This document shows, in pieces, positions 1 to 8,410 of a stretch of DNA of 29,108 bases. The stretch's first letter is position 1. Each line of letters opens with the position of its first letter. The stretch comes from Candidatus Limnocylindrales bacterium. Its GTDB lineage: Bacteria; Chloroflexota; Limnocylindria; Limnocylindrales; CSP1-4. Made by a program: the position numbers and the translations under genes. The notes under the pieces were generated by a model. The model was given only the letters and a program-made list of their open reading frames with translations, had not been told where the DNA came from and did not search any database. The stretch lies in NCBI GenBank assembly GCA_044449605.1, contig JBIOIE010000001.1, positions 1 to 29,108 of the forward strand, given 5' to 3'.

Positions 1-1
1 C

Positions 2-625
2 CTGCTGGCGCCCGGCGCGGACATCCCGGACCTGCGTGCCGCCGGGGAGGTGGACCTGGTCCCCCCCGAGGCGCCCTGGAGGGTCGCCCATCTCGGCCCG
101 GGCGAGCTGAGCGTGCAATGCGCAGCCGGTCGGCTCGGGATGTTCCGGCGGCTGCGCTGCGGTGGTCCACGGGGACGGCCGTGGCTCGAAGTCCAGGCGA
201 GCGTGACCAACCGCGGCGACGAGACGTTCAGGGCGGACCTGACCCTCGAGTGGGGCATCTGCCTCAGCGGCGGCGGCGGCAACCCGGCCGCCTGGTACGA
301 GGTCCTCGGCACCGCCGGCGGCGCGTTGGCGCGCAGCCCGCACGACGGCGAGGGCGACCACCCGGCGCTGGCGCGGCTGGCCTTCGGCAACGACCACGAA
401 GGCGTGCGCGTGGACGTCGTCGCCTCGCCGCCCGCGCGAGCGACCTGGTTCCCGATCGAGACCGTGGCCAACTCCGAGGCCGGCTTCGAGCGCGTCTACC
501 AGGGCAGCGCCCTGCTCTTCCGCTGGCCGGTCGCCCTGGCGCCCGGGGGCTCGGCCCGGGTGCGGCTCCGCCTCGCCGTCAGCGAGGCGCGGGACCGGAC
601 CGCCGAGGAGGCGGCGGCCGCGTGA
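2..625 (+). CDS. GH57 alpha-amylase/4-alpha-glucanotransferase, C-terminal DUF1926-like domain (5'-truncated by window edge)
   Basis: Frame is open from base 2 to TGA at 623-625. The C-terminal motif WFPIETVANSEAGFERVYQGSALLFRWP resembles the conserved end of the DUF1926 domain. The stop overlaps the GTG of the next GH57 gene. Confidence 0.8.
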   Translation: MLAPGADIPDLRAAGEVDLVPPEAPWRVAHLGPGELSVQCAAGRLGMFRRLRCGGPRGRPWLEVQASVTNRGDETFRADLTLEWGICLSGGGGNPAAWYEVLGTAGGALARSPHDGEGDHPALARLAFGNDHEGVRVDVVASPPARATWFPIETVANSEAGFERVYQGSALLFRWPVALAPGGSARVRLRLAVSEARDRTAEEAAAA

Positions 626-2079
626 TCCCCGGCCAGCTGGCCATCCACGGCCACTTCTACCAGCCCGCCCGCGAGGACCCCTTCAGCGGCGCGGTGCCGC
701 CCGACCCGACGGCCGCCCCCCACCCGGACTGGAACGGCCGCATCGCGGCCGAGTGCTACGGGCCGAACGCCGCCGCCGGCAATTTCGGCCGCATCAGCTT
801 CGACCTGGGGCCCACGCTGGCCACCTGGCTGCGCCGCGAACGGCCCGAGACGCACGACGCGATCGTGGCCCAGGCAGCCCACGGCAACGTCCTGGCCCAG
901 GCCTTCCACCACACGATCCTGCCGCTGGCCACCCCGCGCGATCGGCGGACGGAGATCCGCTGGGGCCTGCGCGATGCCGAGCTGCGCTTCGGCCGGCGTC
1001 CGACCGGCCTCTGGCTGCCCGAGACGGCGGTGGATCTGCTGACCCTGCGCATCGCCGCCGAGGAGGGCGTGACCTGGACGATCCTGGCCCCCTGGCAGGC
1101 GGCCGCCACGAAGATCGAGACGCGTCGGCCGTACCGGGTCGAGGTCGGGGGTGGGCGCCACATCGTCGTCCTCTTCTACGACGGCTCCCTCTCGGCCGCT
1201 GTCAGCTTCGAGGCCGCCGCCACCAGCGATGCCCGGGAGTTCGCCGCCGGCTGGGTCGGCCCGCGGCTGGCCGCGCCCGTCGCCGAGGGCCTCAAGCCCC
1301 TCGTCCTGGTCGCCACCGACGGGGAGCTGTACGGCCACCACCTGCCCTTCCGCGAACTGTTCCTCGAGGCCCTGACTGAAGCGCCGGCCGCCGAGCGCGG
1401 CTTCGCCTTCGCCCGGCCCGGCCGACTGCCCGGCGGCGCGTCCGTCCGGGCCCTGCCCGCGATGGCCATCCGCGACCAGACGAGCTGGTCGTGCCACCAC
1501 GGCGTCCTGCGCTGGAGCGGCGCCTGCGCGGACGCCCGCGATGGCCGCTGGAAGCAGCCGCTGAGAGCCGCCTTCGACCGCCTGGCCGCGGCCGTCGACG
1601 CCGTCTCTGAACGGGAGACGGCGTCGCTCGGCATCGACGCCTGGGCCGCTCGCGACGCCTGGGTGGACGTCGCCGGCGAGCACGCCGGCGCGACGGAGGT
1701 GCTGACCCGCATCATCACCGACGCGCGGGGCCCCGCGGCCGCGGTCGCGGCGACCGATCCTGCGGCGGCCAGGCGGCTGGAGACCGTCATGCAGGCGCAG
1801 CGCTCCCGCCTGGCCATGTTCGCCTCGGACGGCTGGTTCTGGGAGGACCCGGCCGGGGTCGAGACGGCCCAGGCGCTCCGTCTCGCGGCTCATGCCGCCC
1901 GCACCATCGACGGACTGGCCTGTACGCGCCTCGAGGCCGCCCTCGTCGCCGACCTCGGGCCGGTCCGCTCGCCGGCCACCGGTCAGGATGGCCCGGCGCT
2001 CTACACGGCTGCCCTCGAGGCGGTCGGTCAGCAGCCGATCGGGCTGGCCTCGCCGGCCGGGACCGGGGGCCGCGCCTAG
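622..2079 (+). CDS. DUF3536-type glycoside hydrolase family 57 protein
   Basis: GTG at 622 overlaps the upstream TGA (GTGA). Motifs: IHGHFYQPAREDP, WNGRIAAECY, ISFDLGPTL, QAFHHTILPLA, GLWLPETAVD (nucleophile Glu), ATDGELYGHH (acid/base Asp), WSCHHGVLRW, MFASDGWFWED. Confidence 0.85.
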   Translation: MIPGQLAIHGHFYQPAREDPFSGAVPPDPTAAPHPDWNGRIAAECYGPNAAAGNFGRISFDLGPTLATWLRRERPETHDAIVAQAAHGNVLAQAFHHTILPLATPRDRRTEIRWGLRDAELRFGRRPTGLWLPETAVDLLTLRIAAEEGVTWTILAPWQAAATKIETRRPYRVEVGGGRHIVVLFYDGSLSAAVSFEAAATSDAREFAAGWVGPRLAAPVAEGLKPLVLVATDGELYGHHLPFRELFLEALTEAPAAERGFAFARPGRLPGGASVRALPAMAIRDQTSWSCHHGVLRWSGACADARDGRWKQPLRAAFDRLAAAVDAVSERETASLGIDAWAARDAWVDVAGEHAGATEVLTRIITDARGPAAAVAATDPAAARRLETVMQAQRSRLAMFASDGWFWEDPAGVETAQALRLAAHAARTIDGLACTRLEAALVADLGPVRSPATGQDGPALYTAALEAVGQQPIGLASPAGTGGRA

Positions 2080-2933
2080 GCCAGACCGATCAGCCGTCGC
2101 CGCCGCAGGGCGAGGCGATAGTCGAGGCCCTCGTAGAGCGCCAGCGCCGGGTCGTTGGCCGGATCCACGGCGAGCCAGACGAGCGACGCGCCGAGGGCCA
2201 GCCCCGCCCGGGTGACGATCGTGGTCAGGTAGCGGCCGATCCCCTGGCGCCGCCGGCCATCGACGACGCCCAGGCCGTGGATCACCCCCAGGCCGCCCTC
2301 CGTGAGCAGGCGCGCCGTGGCCACGGCCTCGCCGCCGACGCGCACGAGATAGGCGCGCACGAGGCCCGCCGCCAGGCCCCGGCGCAGGGCCGCCCGCCGG
2401 TCGTCCCGCTCGCTCGGCAGCACCCCGAAGATGGCCCGCTCCACGCTCTCGTACTCGTCCGCCCCGCGGGCCGTGACCGCCTCGAGCCGAAGCTCGAGGT
2501 CGAGATGCGGCACCGCTCTGGCGCGGCGTGTCCAGAGCAGCAGCTCGCCGCCCACCTCCGCCCAGCCCGCGCCGGCCAGAAGCAAGGCCAGATCGGGCGG
2601 CTCGGTGAGCCCCTCCAGGACGTCGACGACCGGAAGCTCGGCCAGCGCCCGGAGACGGGCGGCCACCCGCTCCGAGCGCTCCGGCCACTCGGCCATCGAC
2701 CAGCGCACGCGGGTCACGTGGTTGAAGGCCGGACCCCGACCCCGCCAGGTCAGGAGCGTCGCTCCGAGCGCCGGGTCCTCGGCCCGGGTCGCGCCGGCCA
2801 GCTCGACGAGGCGGATCGCGCCCTCCTCGATGCCGGCCAGTTCGGCCGCGTCGGGCGCGGCCGGCACCTCGGCCGCGGCATCTCGGCGAGGGCGAGCGGT
2901 GACGGGGCGGACGATGCGCGGCGGCTCGCTCAC
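2076..2933 (-). CDS. GNAT family N-acetyltransferase
   Basis: GTG start overlaps the stop of the ADH gene. C-terminal GNAT motif A (LGVVDGRRRQGIGRYLT) and motif B (WLAVDPANDPALALYEGLDY). Confidence 0.8.
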   Translation of the reverse strand: MSEPPRIVRPVTARPRRDAAAEVPAAPDAAELAGIEEGAIRLVELAGATRAEDPALGATLLTWRGRGPAFNHVTRVRWSMAEWPERSERVAARLRALAELPVVDVLEGLTEPPDLALLLAGAGWAEVGGELLLWTRRARAVPHLDLELRLEAVTARGADEYESVERAIFGVLPSERDDRRAALRRGLAAGLVRAYLVRVGGEAVATARLLTEGGLGVIHGLGVVDGRRRQGIGRYLTTIVTRAGLALGASLVWLAVDPANDPALALYEGLDYRLALRRRRLIGLA

Positions 2934-4072
2934 GGGTAGAGGATGACCCGGCGGGCCCCATCGCCGCGGCGCATCGCGTCGAGGGCCGCCTCGAGGTCGT
3001 CGAGCCCGATGCGCTCGCTGATGAGCCGCTCGACCGGCAGACGGCCTTCGAGGTGCAGCCGGGCCAGGCGCGGGAAGGCGACGGCGGGGATGGACGAGCC
3101 GTAGTTCGAGCCCAGCAGCCGGCGGCCCTCCTCCACGAAGCGATAGACGTCGAGTCCGGCGCGCTGGCCTTGCGCGGTCATGCCGACAAGGGTCGTCGTG
3201 CCGCCCGGGCGGGTCAGGGCGATGGCCAGCTCGACCGTCGTGGGCAGGCCGATGCACTCGAACGCATGGTCCGCGCCGTCGCCGAGGCCCGCCCTCGCGA
3301 GCGCGTCTCGCGCCGCGGCCAACGAACCGGCGGGATCCGCCGGCAGGGCCGCGACCCCGAGCGTGGCGCCGAGCGACGCGGCGAGGGCCAGCTTCTCCGG
3401 CCGCGCGTCGAGGACGACGATCGGGGCGGCCTCCGCGAGCACGGCCCCCAGCAGCGCCGAGAGGCCGACCCCGCCCAGGCCGACGATGACGACCGACTCG
3501 CCGGCCCCGACCCGGGCGGTCTCGAGGACGGCTCCGACCCCCGTCGTCACGGCGCAGCCGATCAGCGCCGCGACCTCGAGGGGGGTGCGCGGATCGACGG
3601 GGATGGCAGCCTCGGCGGCGACGACCTGGGCCGAGCCGAAGGTGCCGATGCCGCTGTACGTGCCCAGCGCTGAGCCGTCGGCGCGGTGGACGCGCACAAG
3701 GTCCGGGCGCAAGCGGTGGCCGCTGCCGATCGGGTTCGAGCACTGCCAGTCCTGGCCCCGAGCGCAGGCCGGGCACGTTCCGCAGGGCGCCGTCCAGGCG
3801 AGGACGACGAGGGCACCCGGCCGGAGCCCCGGGAAGCGCTCGGCGACGCCCTCGCCGACGGCCTCCACGACGGCGGCACCCTCGTGGCCGAGGACCACGC
3901 CGGCCGGCCGGGCCCAGTCGCCGTCGACGACGTGGAGGTCCGAGTGACAGACGCCGCTGGCAGCCATGCGCACGGCAACCTCGCCGGGGCCCGGCGGGTC
4001 GAGGACGAGCGTCTCGATGCGCAGGGGCTGCCCCGGCCCCACGAAGACGGCGCCGCGCAGCTCGCGGCCCAC
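2930..4072 (-). CDS. Zn-dependent medium-chain alcohol dehydrogenase (class III/aryl-alcohol DH-like)
   Basis: GVCHSDLH and GHEGA catalytic Zn motifs, CGTCPAC...QC structural Zn motif, GCAVTTG, Rossmann GLGGVG. GTG start at 4072 chosen, 5 nt after the DUF885 stop. Confidence 0.9.
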   Translation of the reverse strand: MGRELRGAVFVGPGQPLRIETLVLDPPGPGEVAVRMAASGVCHSDLHVVDGDWARPAGVVLGHEGAAVVEAVGEGVAERFPGLRPGALVVLAWTAPCGTCPACARGQDWQCSNPIGSGHRLRPDLVRVHRADGSALGTYSGIGTFGSAQVVAAEAAIPVDPRTPLEVAALIGCAVTTGVGAVLETARVGAGESVVIVGLGGVGLSALLGAVLAEAAPIVVLDARPEKLALAASLGATLGVAALPADPAGSLAAARDALARAGLGDGADHAFECIGLPTTVELAIALTRPGGTTTLVGMTAQGQRAGLDVYRFVEEGRRLLGSNYGSSIPAVAFPRLARLHLEGRLPVERLISERIGLDDLEAALDAMRRGDGARRVILYP

Positions 4073-4076
4073 GCCG

Positions 4077-5882
4077 CTAGCCCTCGAGGAGGATGCGCCG
4101 GAGCCAGCGCACCGGGGGCGTGCCGTGGGCGATGACCGACTCGAGGTAGGCGCGCAGGTCGAAGCCCGGCGGCGCCGACGGGACACGTAGGATGTCCGGC
4201 TCGCCGGCGGTCTCGGCGCTCGCCCCGGCGGCCACGGCCGCCCGCCGGCGAACTTCGTACTCGAGGTCCCACAGCTCGACCGAGCCGACGTAGTACGTGG
4301 CCAGCTGGGTCGAGCTGAGGCGGGCCCGCAGGTACTTGGCAGTCGCCTCCTGCTGCTCCTGGAAGGCGCCCTCGACCATCAGCCGGAGGGCGGCCTCTTC
4401 GCTCATCCCGTCGACGTGGATGCCGATGTCGAGGAGGGTGTTGACGACGCCGCGCAGCTCGTACTTCCAGTGGCTGAGCATGAGCGCCGGGTCGTCGGCC
4501 CGGTAGCCGGCATTCATCATCACCTGCTCGATGTAGACGGCCCAGCCTTCGGCGAAGACACCGCTCGAGAAGACGGCGCGGGCCAGCGACGACGAGGTGT
4601 TCGAGGCCGCCAGCTGGACGTAGTGGCCGGGCACGGCCTCGTGGATGCAGAGGAGGTCGAGCATGTGCCCGTTCTGCTCGCGCAGGTAGGACTCCAGGCG
4701 CTCGGGCGGCCAGGAGGGATCCGGCGGAGTGACCCAGAATTCGCTCAGGAGGCCCTTGTCGAGCGGACCGGGCGGGCTCAGGAAGGCGCCACCGTAGGGC
4801 CGCAGGAAGGGCGGCGTCCAGGTCACGGTGAGCGGGGCGTCGGGCAGGCTGATGACGCCCCGCTCGCGCACGAACGCCTCGATGTCGGCGACCTTCGAGC
4901 GGCAGAAGTCGAGCAACTCGTCGGCGGCGGGGTGGTCGCGGGCGATGACATCGAGGACGCCGCCCACGATCGCGTCGTCGCCGTCTGGCAATGGCTCGTC
5001 CGGCCGGGAAGTCGGCCACATCCGGCGCGCCAGGCGGACCATCTCGCCCCGGACGGCCTCGTAGTCGGCCTGAGCGCGGGCACGCAGCGCACTGGGCCCG
5101 TCGTCGCTCCCGAGGGTATGGCGCAGCTTCTCGGCGAACAGCTCGGCGCCGAGCCGGCCCTCGCCCTGGGCGTGGGGCAGGACGACGGTCTCGAGGTGGC
5201 GGGTGAACGCCTCGATGGCCGAGGAGGCCTCCAGGCTGGCCGTGCGCAGGCCGGCCAGGATGGCCATCGCCTCGCCACCCTCGTGCCGTTCGCCTTCCTC
5301 GATGCCCTCTGCGACGAGATCGTCGAGACCGGGCAGCTGGGCCAGGGCGGTCTCGACGTGGAGCCGTGAGACCGGCCGGCCCGGCAGGCCGACGAGTGAA
5401 TCGGCGGCGGCCCGGAAGACCTCGCCGATGCGCTGGGCGCGCCAGGCGAAGGCCGTGCCCCGGTGCGACCAGGGCGCGTACTCGCGGGCCAGCAGCTCGT
5501 GCAGGCCGGAGCCCACGGTGGCCACGTAACCGAGTGCATCCCAGGCGTTCTCGCGCAGGACCTCGTCCTCGAAGGTCAAGCTGTCGAGGGCGTCGAGGAC
5601 GATGCCGCGGTCGATCCGCTCGTCGGCCGAAAGCTCGCCCTCGGACAGCGCAGCGAGGGCAGCCCGATGGCGGGCGTAGAGGGCCAGGCGGGCCAGGCGG
5701 CCGGCCTCGCTCAGGTCCGGCCAGCGATCGTCGTAGGCATGGAAGCCGATGGCGGTCGCCCAGACCGGCAGGGCCGCGAAGAGGTCGTCGAGGAGGGCCT
5801 TGAAGGCCCGGTCGAACGCCGTGCGCGGGGCCGGGCGGGCGTCGGCGACCTGGGACTGGAAGGCCGGGAGGGCGGCGGTCAT
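4077..5882 (-). CDS. DUF885 family protein (putative metallopeptidase-like)
   Basis: Motifs IHEAVPGHYVQL, FAEGWAVYIEQVM, RGVVNTLLDIGIH, QLATYYVG. ATG 5882 is preceded by GGAG and by a TACGAT -10 candidate further upstream. Confidence 0.85.
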   Translation of the reverse strand: MTAALPAFQSQVADARPAPRTAFDRAFKALLDDLFAALPVWATAIGFHAYDDRWPDLSEAGRLARLALYARHRAALAALSEGELSADERIDRGIVLDALDSLTFEDEVLRENAWDALGYVATVGSGLHELLAREYAPWSHRGTAFAWRAQRIGEVFRAAADSLVGLPGRPVSRLHVETALAQLPGLDDLVAEGIEEGERHEGGEAMAILAGLRTASLEASSAIEAFTRHLETVVLPHAQGEGRLGAELFAEKLRHTLGSDDGPSALRARAQADYEAVRGEMVRLARRMWPTSRPDEPLPDGDDAIVGGVLDVIARDHPAADELLDFCRSKVADIEAFVRERGVISLPDAPLTVTWTPPFLRPYGGAFLSPPGPLDKGLLSEFWVTPPDPSWPPERLESYLREQNGHMLDLLCIHEAVPGHYVQLAASNTSSSLARAVFSSGVFAEGWAVYIEQVMMNAGYRADDPALMLSHWKYELRGVVNTLLDIGIHVDGMSEEAALRLMVEGAFQEQQEATAKYLRARLSSTQLATYYVGSVELWDLEYEVRRRAAVAAGASAETAGEPDILRVPSAPPGFDLRAYLESVIAHGTPPVRWLRRILLEG

Positions 5883-5954
5883 GCGATGCTCCGGCTTGCG
5901 TTCGATGGCAGCGCGGCCCATCGTAACCGTCGCGGGGCCATGTAGGATGGCGCC

Positions 5955-6344
5955 GTGAAACAGGTCGCCCGCCTCATCGTCAACGCCGTGGCGCTGTGGG
6001 TCACCGTCGCGATGGTGCCCCGCCTGGAGTGGGCCGACGAGAAGAATCTCGTCAACATCCTGATCCTGGCCCTCATCTTCGGGGTCATCAACACCTATCT
6101 GAAGCCGATCCTCAAGCTGCTCAGCCTGCCCCTTCGCCTGTTCACCTTCGGTCTCTTCGGCATCGTCCTCAACGCGGCCCTGTTCCTCCTCCTGGCCTGG
6201 GTGGGTGAACAGTTCGGGCTCGGCTTCAGCGTCGCCGGCTGGCCAGCCGGCGCCTTCTCGCTGGACGTCCTCGTGGCCGCGATCGAGGGGGCGATCGTCC
6301 TGAGCGTCGTCTCGACGCTCCTCGCCTTCGTCGTTCGCGACTGA
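5955..6344 (+). CDS. 4-TMS phage-holin-like (YvlD/Mycobacterial holin family) membrane protein
   Basis: 129 aa, four hydrophobic segments, signature GVINTYLKPILKLLSLPLRLFTFGLFGIVLNAALF. No phage genes nearby, so probably a cellular homologue. Confidence 0.85.
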   Translation: MKQVARLIVNAVALWVTVAMVPRLEWADEKNLVNILILALIFGVINTYLKPILKLLSLPLRLFTFGLFGIVLNAALFLLLAWVGEQFGLGFSVAGWPAGAFSLDVLVAAIEGAIVLSVVSTLLAFVVRD

Positions 6345-6381
6345 CCGTCCTACCGGCGTTGATCGCCGCGAGCTTGATCCC

Positions 6382-8034
6382 GTGAAGCGCTCGGTTGCGG
6401 CGCCCGCGATCATCGCCGCGCTCGGCGTGCTCGTGCTGCTGGCTGGGCCGGCTACCGCCGCCGGACCGCCCTTCCCGGCCCCTGTCAGCGGCCAGGTCAT
6501 CTACGACGAGGCTGGCATCTTCAGCCCGGGGACGATCGAGGAGGCCAGCGGGATCATCGCCGGCATCGAGACGCGCACCGGCGCCCAGGTCGTCGTCTAC
6601 ACGCAGGTGAAGCCCGGCGTCTCCGACGCGGAGGCGGCCGCCGACGCCCAGGCGCTCGGCAACCAGTGGGGCGTCGGCCGGGCCGGCTTCGACGACGGCC
6701 TGGTCATCCTCTTCGACATGGAGGGCAACCTCGCTCACGGCGCGGTGCAGCTCCAGGCGGGCTCCGGCTACAAGGCCGCCTACCTCTCCGACGACGAGCG
6801 CCAGGCGATCTTCAGCGACACGATGCTGCCGCTGCTCGAGGAGGGCCGCATCGACGCGGCGCTCCTGGCGGGCCTCCAGGCCGTCGACGCCAACGCCACG
6901 CCCGAGCATGCCGCCGCCCTGGACCGGGCCCGAACCCTGAACGCCATCGTCGGTCTCGTCGTCGCGCCCGGCCTGCTCATCGTGCTCGTCGGCATCTTCG
7001 GCTGGCGCTGGTACCGGGTCGGCCGCGATCCGGTCTACCTCGACGACGCCTCGATCCACATGCCCGCCCCGCCGCCGGGCCTGACCCCGGCCGTGGCGGC
7101 CCTGCTCATGGACGACCGCTCCTCGACCCACACCTTCACGACGGCCCTGGTCGCTCTGGCCAGTGGCGGCGCCATCGCCTTCGACCCCGACAAGGGCCTG
7201 CTCAGCTCGAAGGTCTCGATCGTCCTCGGCGACGCCAGCGCGACCACCGCCCTCGGGGCGCCCGAAGACGGGTTGCTGCGCAGCCTGCGCCGCGAGGCGG
7301 TCGACGGCCGGATCGAGCATGACGACCTGCTCACGCTCAAGAGCGCGGTCGAAGCGTTCGACACGGCCCTGGAGCGAAGCGCGACGAGCGCCGGCTGGTT
7401 CCGCGAGCCGCCCAAGGCCGCCGTGACCCGCTGGGCAGTCATCGCTGTGCTCGAGCTCGGCGCGGGGTTCGTGGCCTTCTGGGCGGGCGGGTTCTTCACC
7501 ATCAGCGGGCTGTTCCTGCTCGGCATCTCGTTCGCCGCTGCAGGCATCCTGACCCTGGTGCTGAGTCGCTTCATGTCGGCCCGGACGGTGGAAGGGGCCC
7601 GCCTCTACGCCTGGCTGTCGGCCTACCGACGCACGCTCCAGAAGACGATGGCCATGGCCGGGACGATGACCGAGGTCGCCAGCAGTGGCGCCCTGCCCTG
7701 GGTCAAGACACCCGACGAAGCGACCCTCTGGGGCGTCGCCCTGGGCCTCCACCGGGAAGTCGAAGCGGTCCTCCAGCGGAGCACCGAGCCGGCCGCCGTC
7801 TCCTCCGGGGCGGCCTGGTTCCCGGCCTGGTACGGCCTCTCGGCCGCCGGGGGCCCTGGCGGTGGACACGGGCCCAGCCTCTTCTCGGCCTCGGCCGTGC
7901 CCGACTTCGGGGGCATGTTCGCGGCCCTCGGTTCGATCCGCGGATCCGCCCTGGCGACCAAGTCGAGCGGTGCTGGCGGCGGCTTCGGGGGCGGCGGCGG
8001 CTTCGGCGGAGGCAGCGTCGGGGGCCACTTCTAG
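6382..8034 (+). CDS. TPM-domain + DUF2207-like membrane protein with Gly-rich C-terminal tail
   Basis: Signal peptide, TPM-like region (IYDEAGIFS...QVVVYT...QWGVGRAGFDDGLVILF), TM helix, PPPGLTPAVAALL and DUF2207-like region, two more TMs, GGGFGGGGGFGGGSVGG tail. Confidence 0.75.
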   Translation: MKRSVAAPAIIAALGVLVLLAGPATAAGPPFPAPVSGQVIYDEAGIFSPGTIEEASGIIAGIETRTGAQVVVYTQVKPGVSDAEAAADAQALGNQWGVGRAGFDDGLVILFDMEGNLAHGAVQLQAGSGYKAAYLSDDERQAIFSDTMLPLLEEGRIDAALLAGLQAVDANATPEHAAALDRARTLNAIVGLVVAPGLLIVLVGIFGWRWYRVGRDPVYLDDASIHMPAPPPGLTPAVAALLMDDRSSTHTFTTALVALASGGAIAFDPDKGLLSSKVSIVLGDASATTALGAPEDGLLRSLRREAVDGRIEHDDLLTLKSAVEAFDTALERSATSAGWFREPPKAAVTRWAVIAVLELGAGFVAFWAGGFFTISGLFLLGISFAAAGILTLVLSRFMSARTVEGARLYAWLSAYRRTLQKTMAMAGTMTEVASSGALPWVKTPDEATLWGVALGLHREVEAVLQRSTEPAAVSSGAAWFPAWYGLSAAGGPGGGHGPSLFSASAVPDFGGMFAALGSIRGSALATKSSGAGGGFGGGGGFGGGSVGGHF

Positions 8035-8074
8035 GCCCGCCGGGCAGGAGCGGCGCTTCGGCTAGACTGGGCCC

Positions 8075-8407
8075 ATGGGTGCCGTCGAGACCATGGAGCT
8101 GTTCTTCGAACGCCTCAACGCGGACGACCGCGAGGGGGCCGTCGCGCTCATGGACGAGAACACCGAGATGATCATCCACGTCGGCGACAGCGCCCAGAAG
8201 CTGCGCGGCGTCGAGCGCGTCGGGGGCTGGTTCCTGCGTGCCGACCGGGGCCTGAAGATGCTCCCCGGCGACGTCCGGGACACGGGCACGACCTACGAGG
8301 CGGACGTCCTCGTGATCCGGCCGGGCGTCCAGAGCCAGCACATCGACGCGACCTTCCGGGTCGAGGCCGGCAAGATCACGGCCATCAACTTCGCCCCCCG
8401 GCGCTGA
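8075..8407 (+). CDS. Small hypothetical protein, probable NTF2/SnoaL-like fold
   Basis: 110 aa with biased codon usage. N-terminal helix FFERLNADDREGAVALMDEN and C-terminal strands FRVEAGKITAI resemble SnoaL-like proteins. TAGACT -10 lies 6 nt before the ATG. Confidence 0.65.
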   Translation: MGAVETMELFFERLNADDREGAVALMDENTEMIIHVGDSAQKLRGVERVGGWFLRADRGLKMLPGDVRDTGTTYEADVLVIRPGVQSQHIDATFRVEAGKITAINFAPRR

Positions 8408-8410
8408 GCC

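Noticed and set aside
5955-6344. Holin as evidence for a prophage
   Set aside because: No endolysin, structural, integrase or replication genes nearby; this family is commonly chromosomal.
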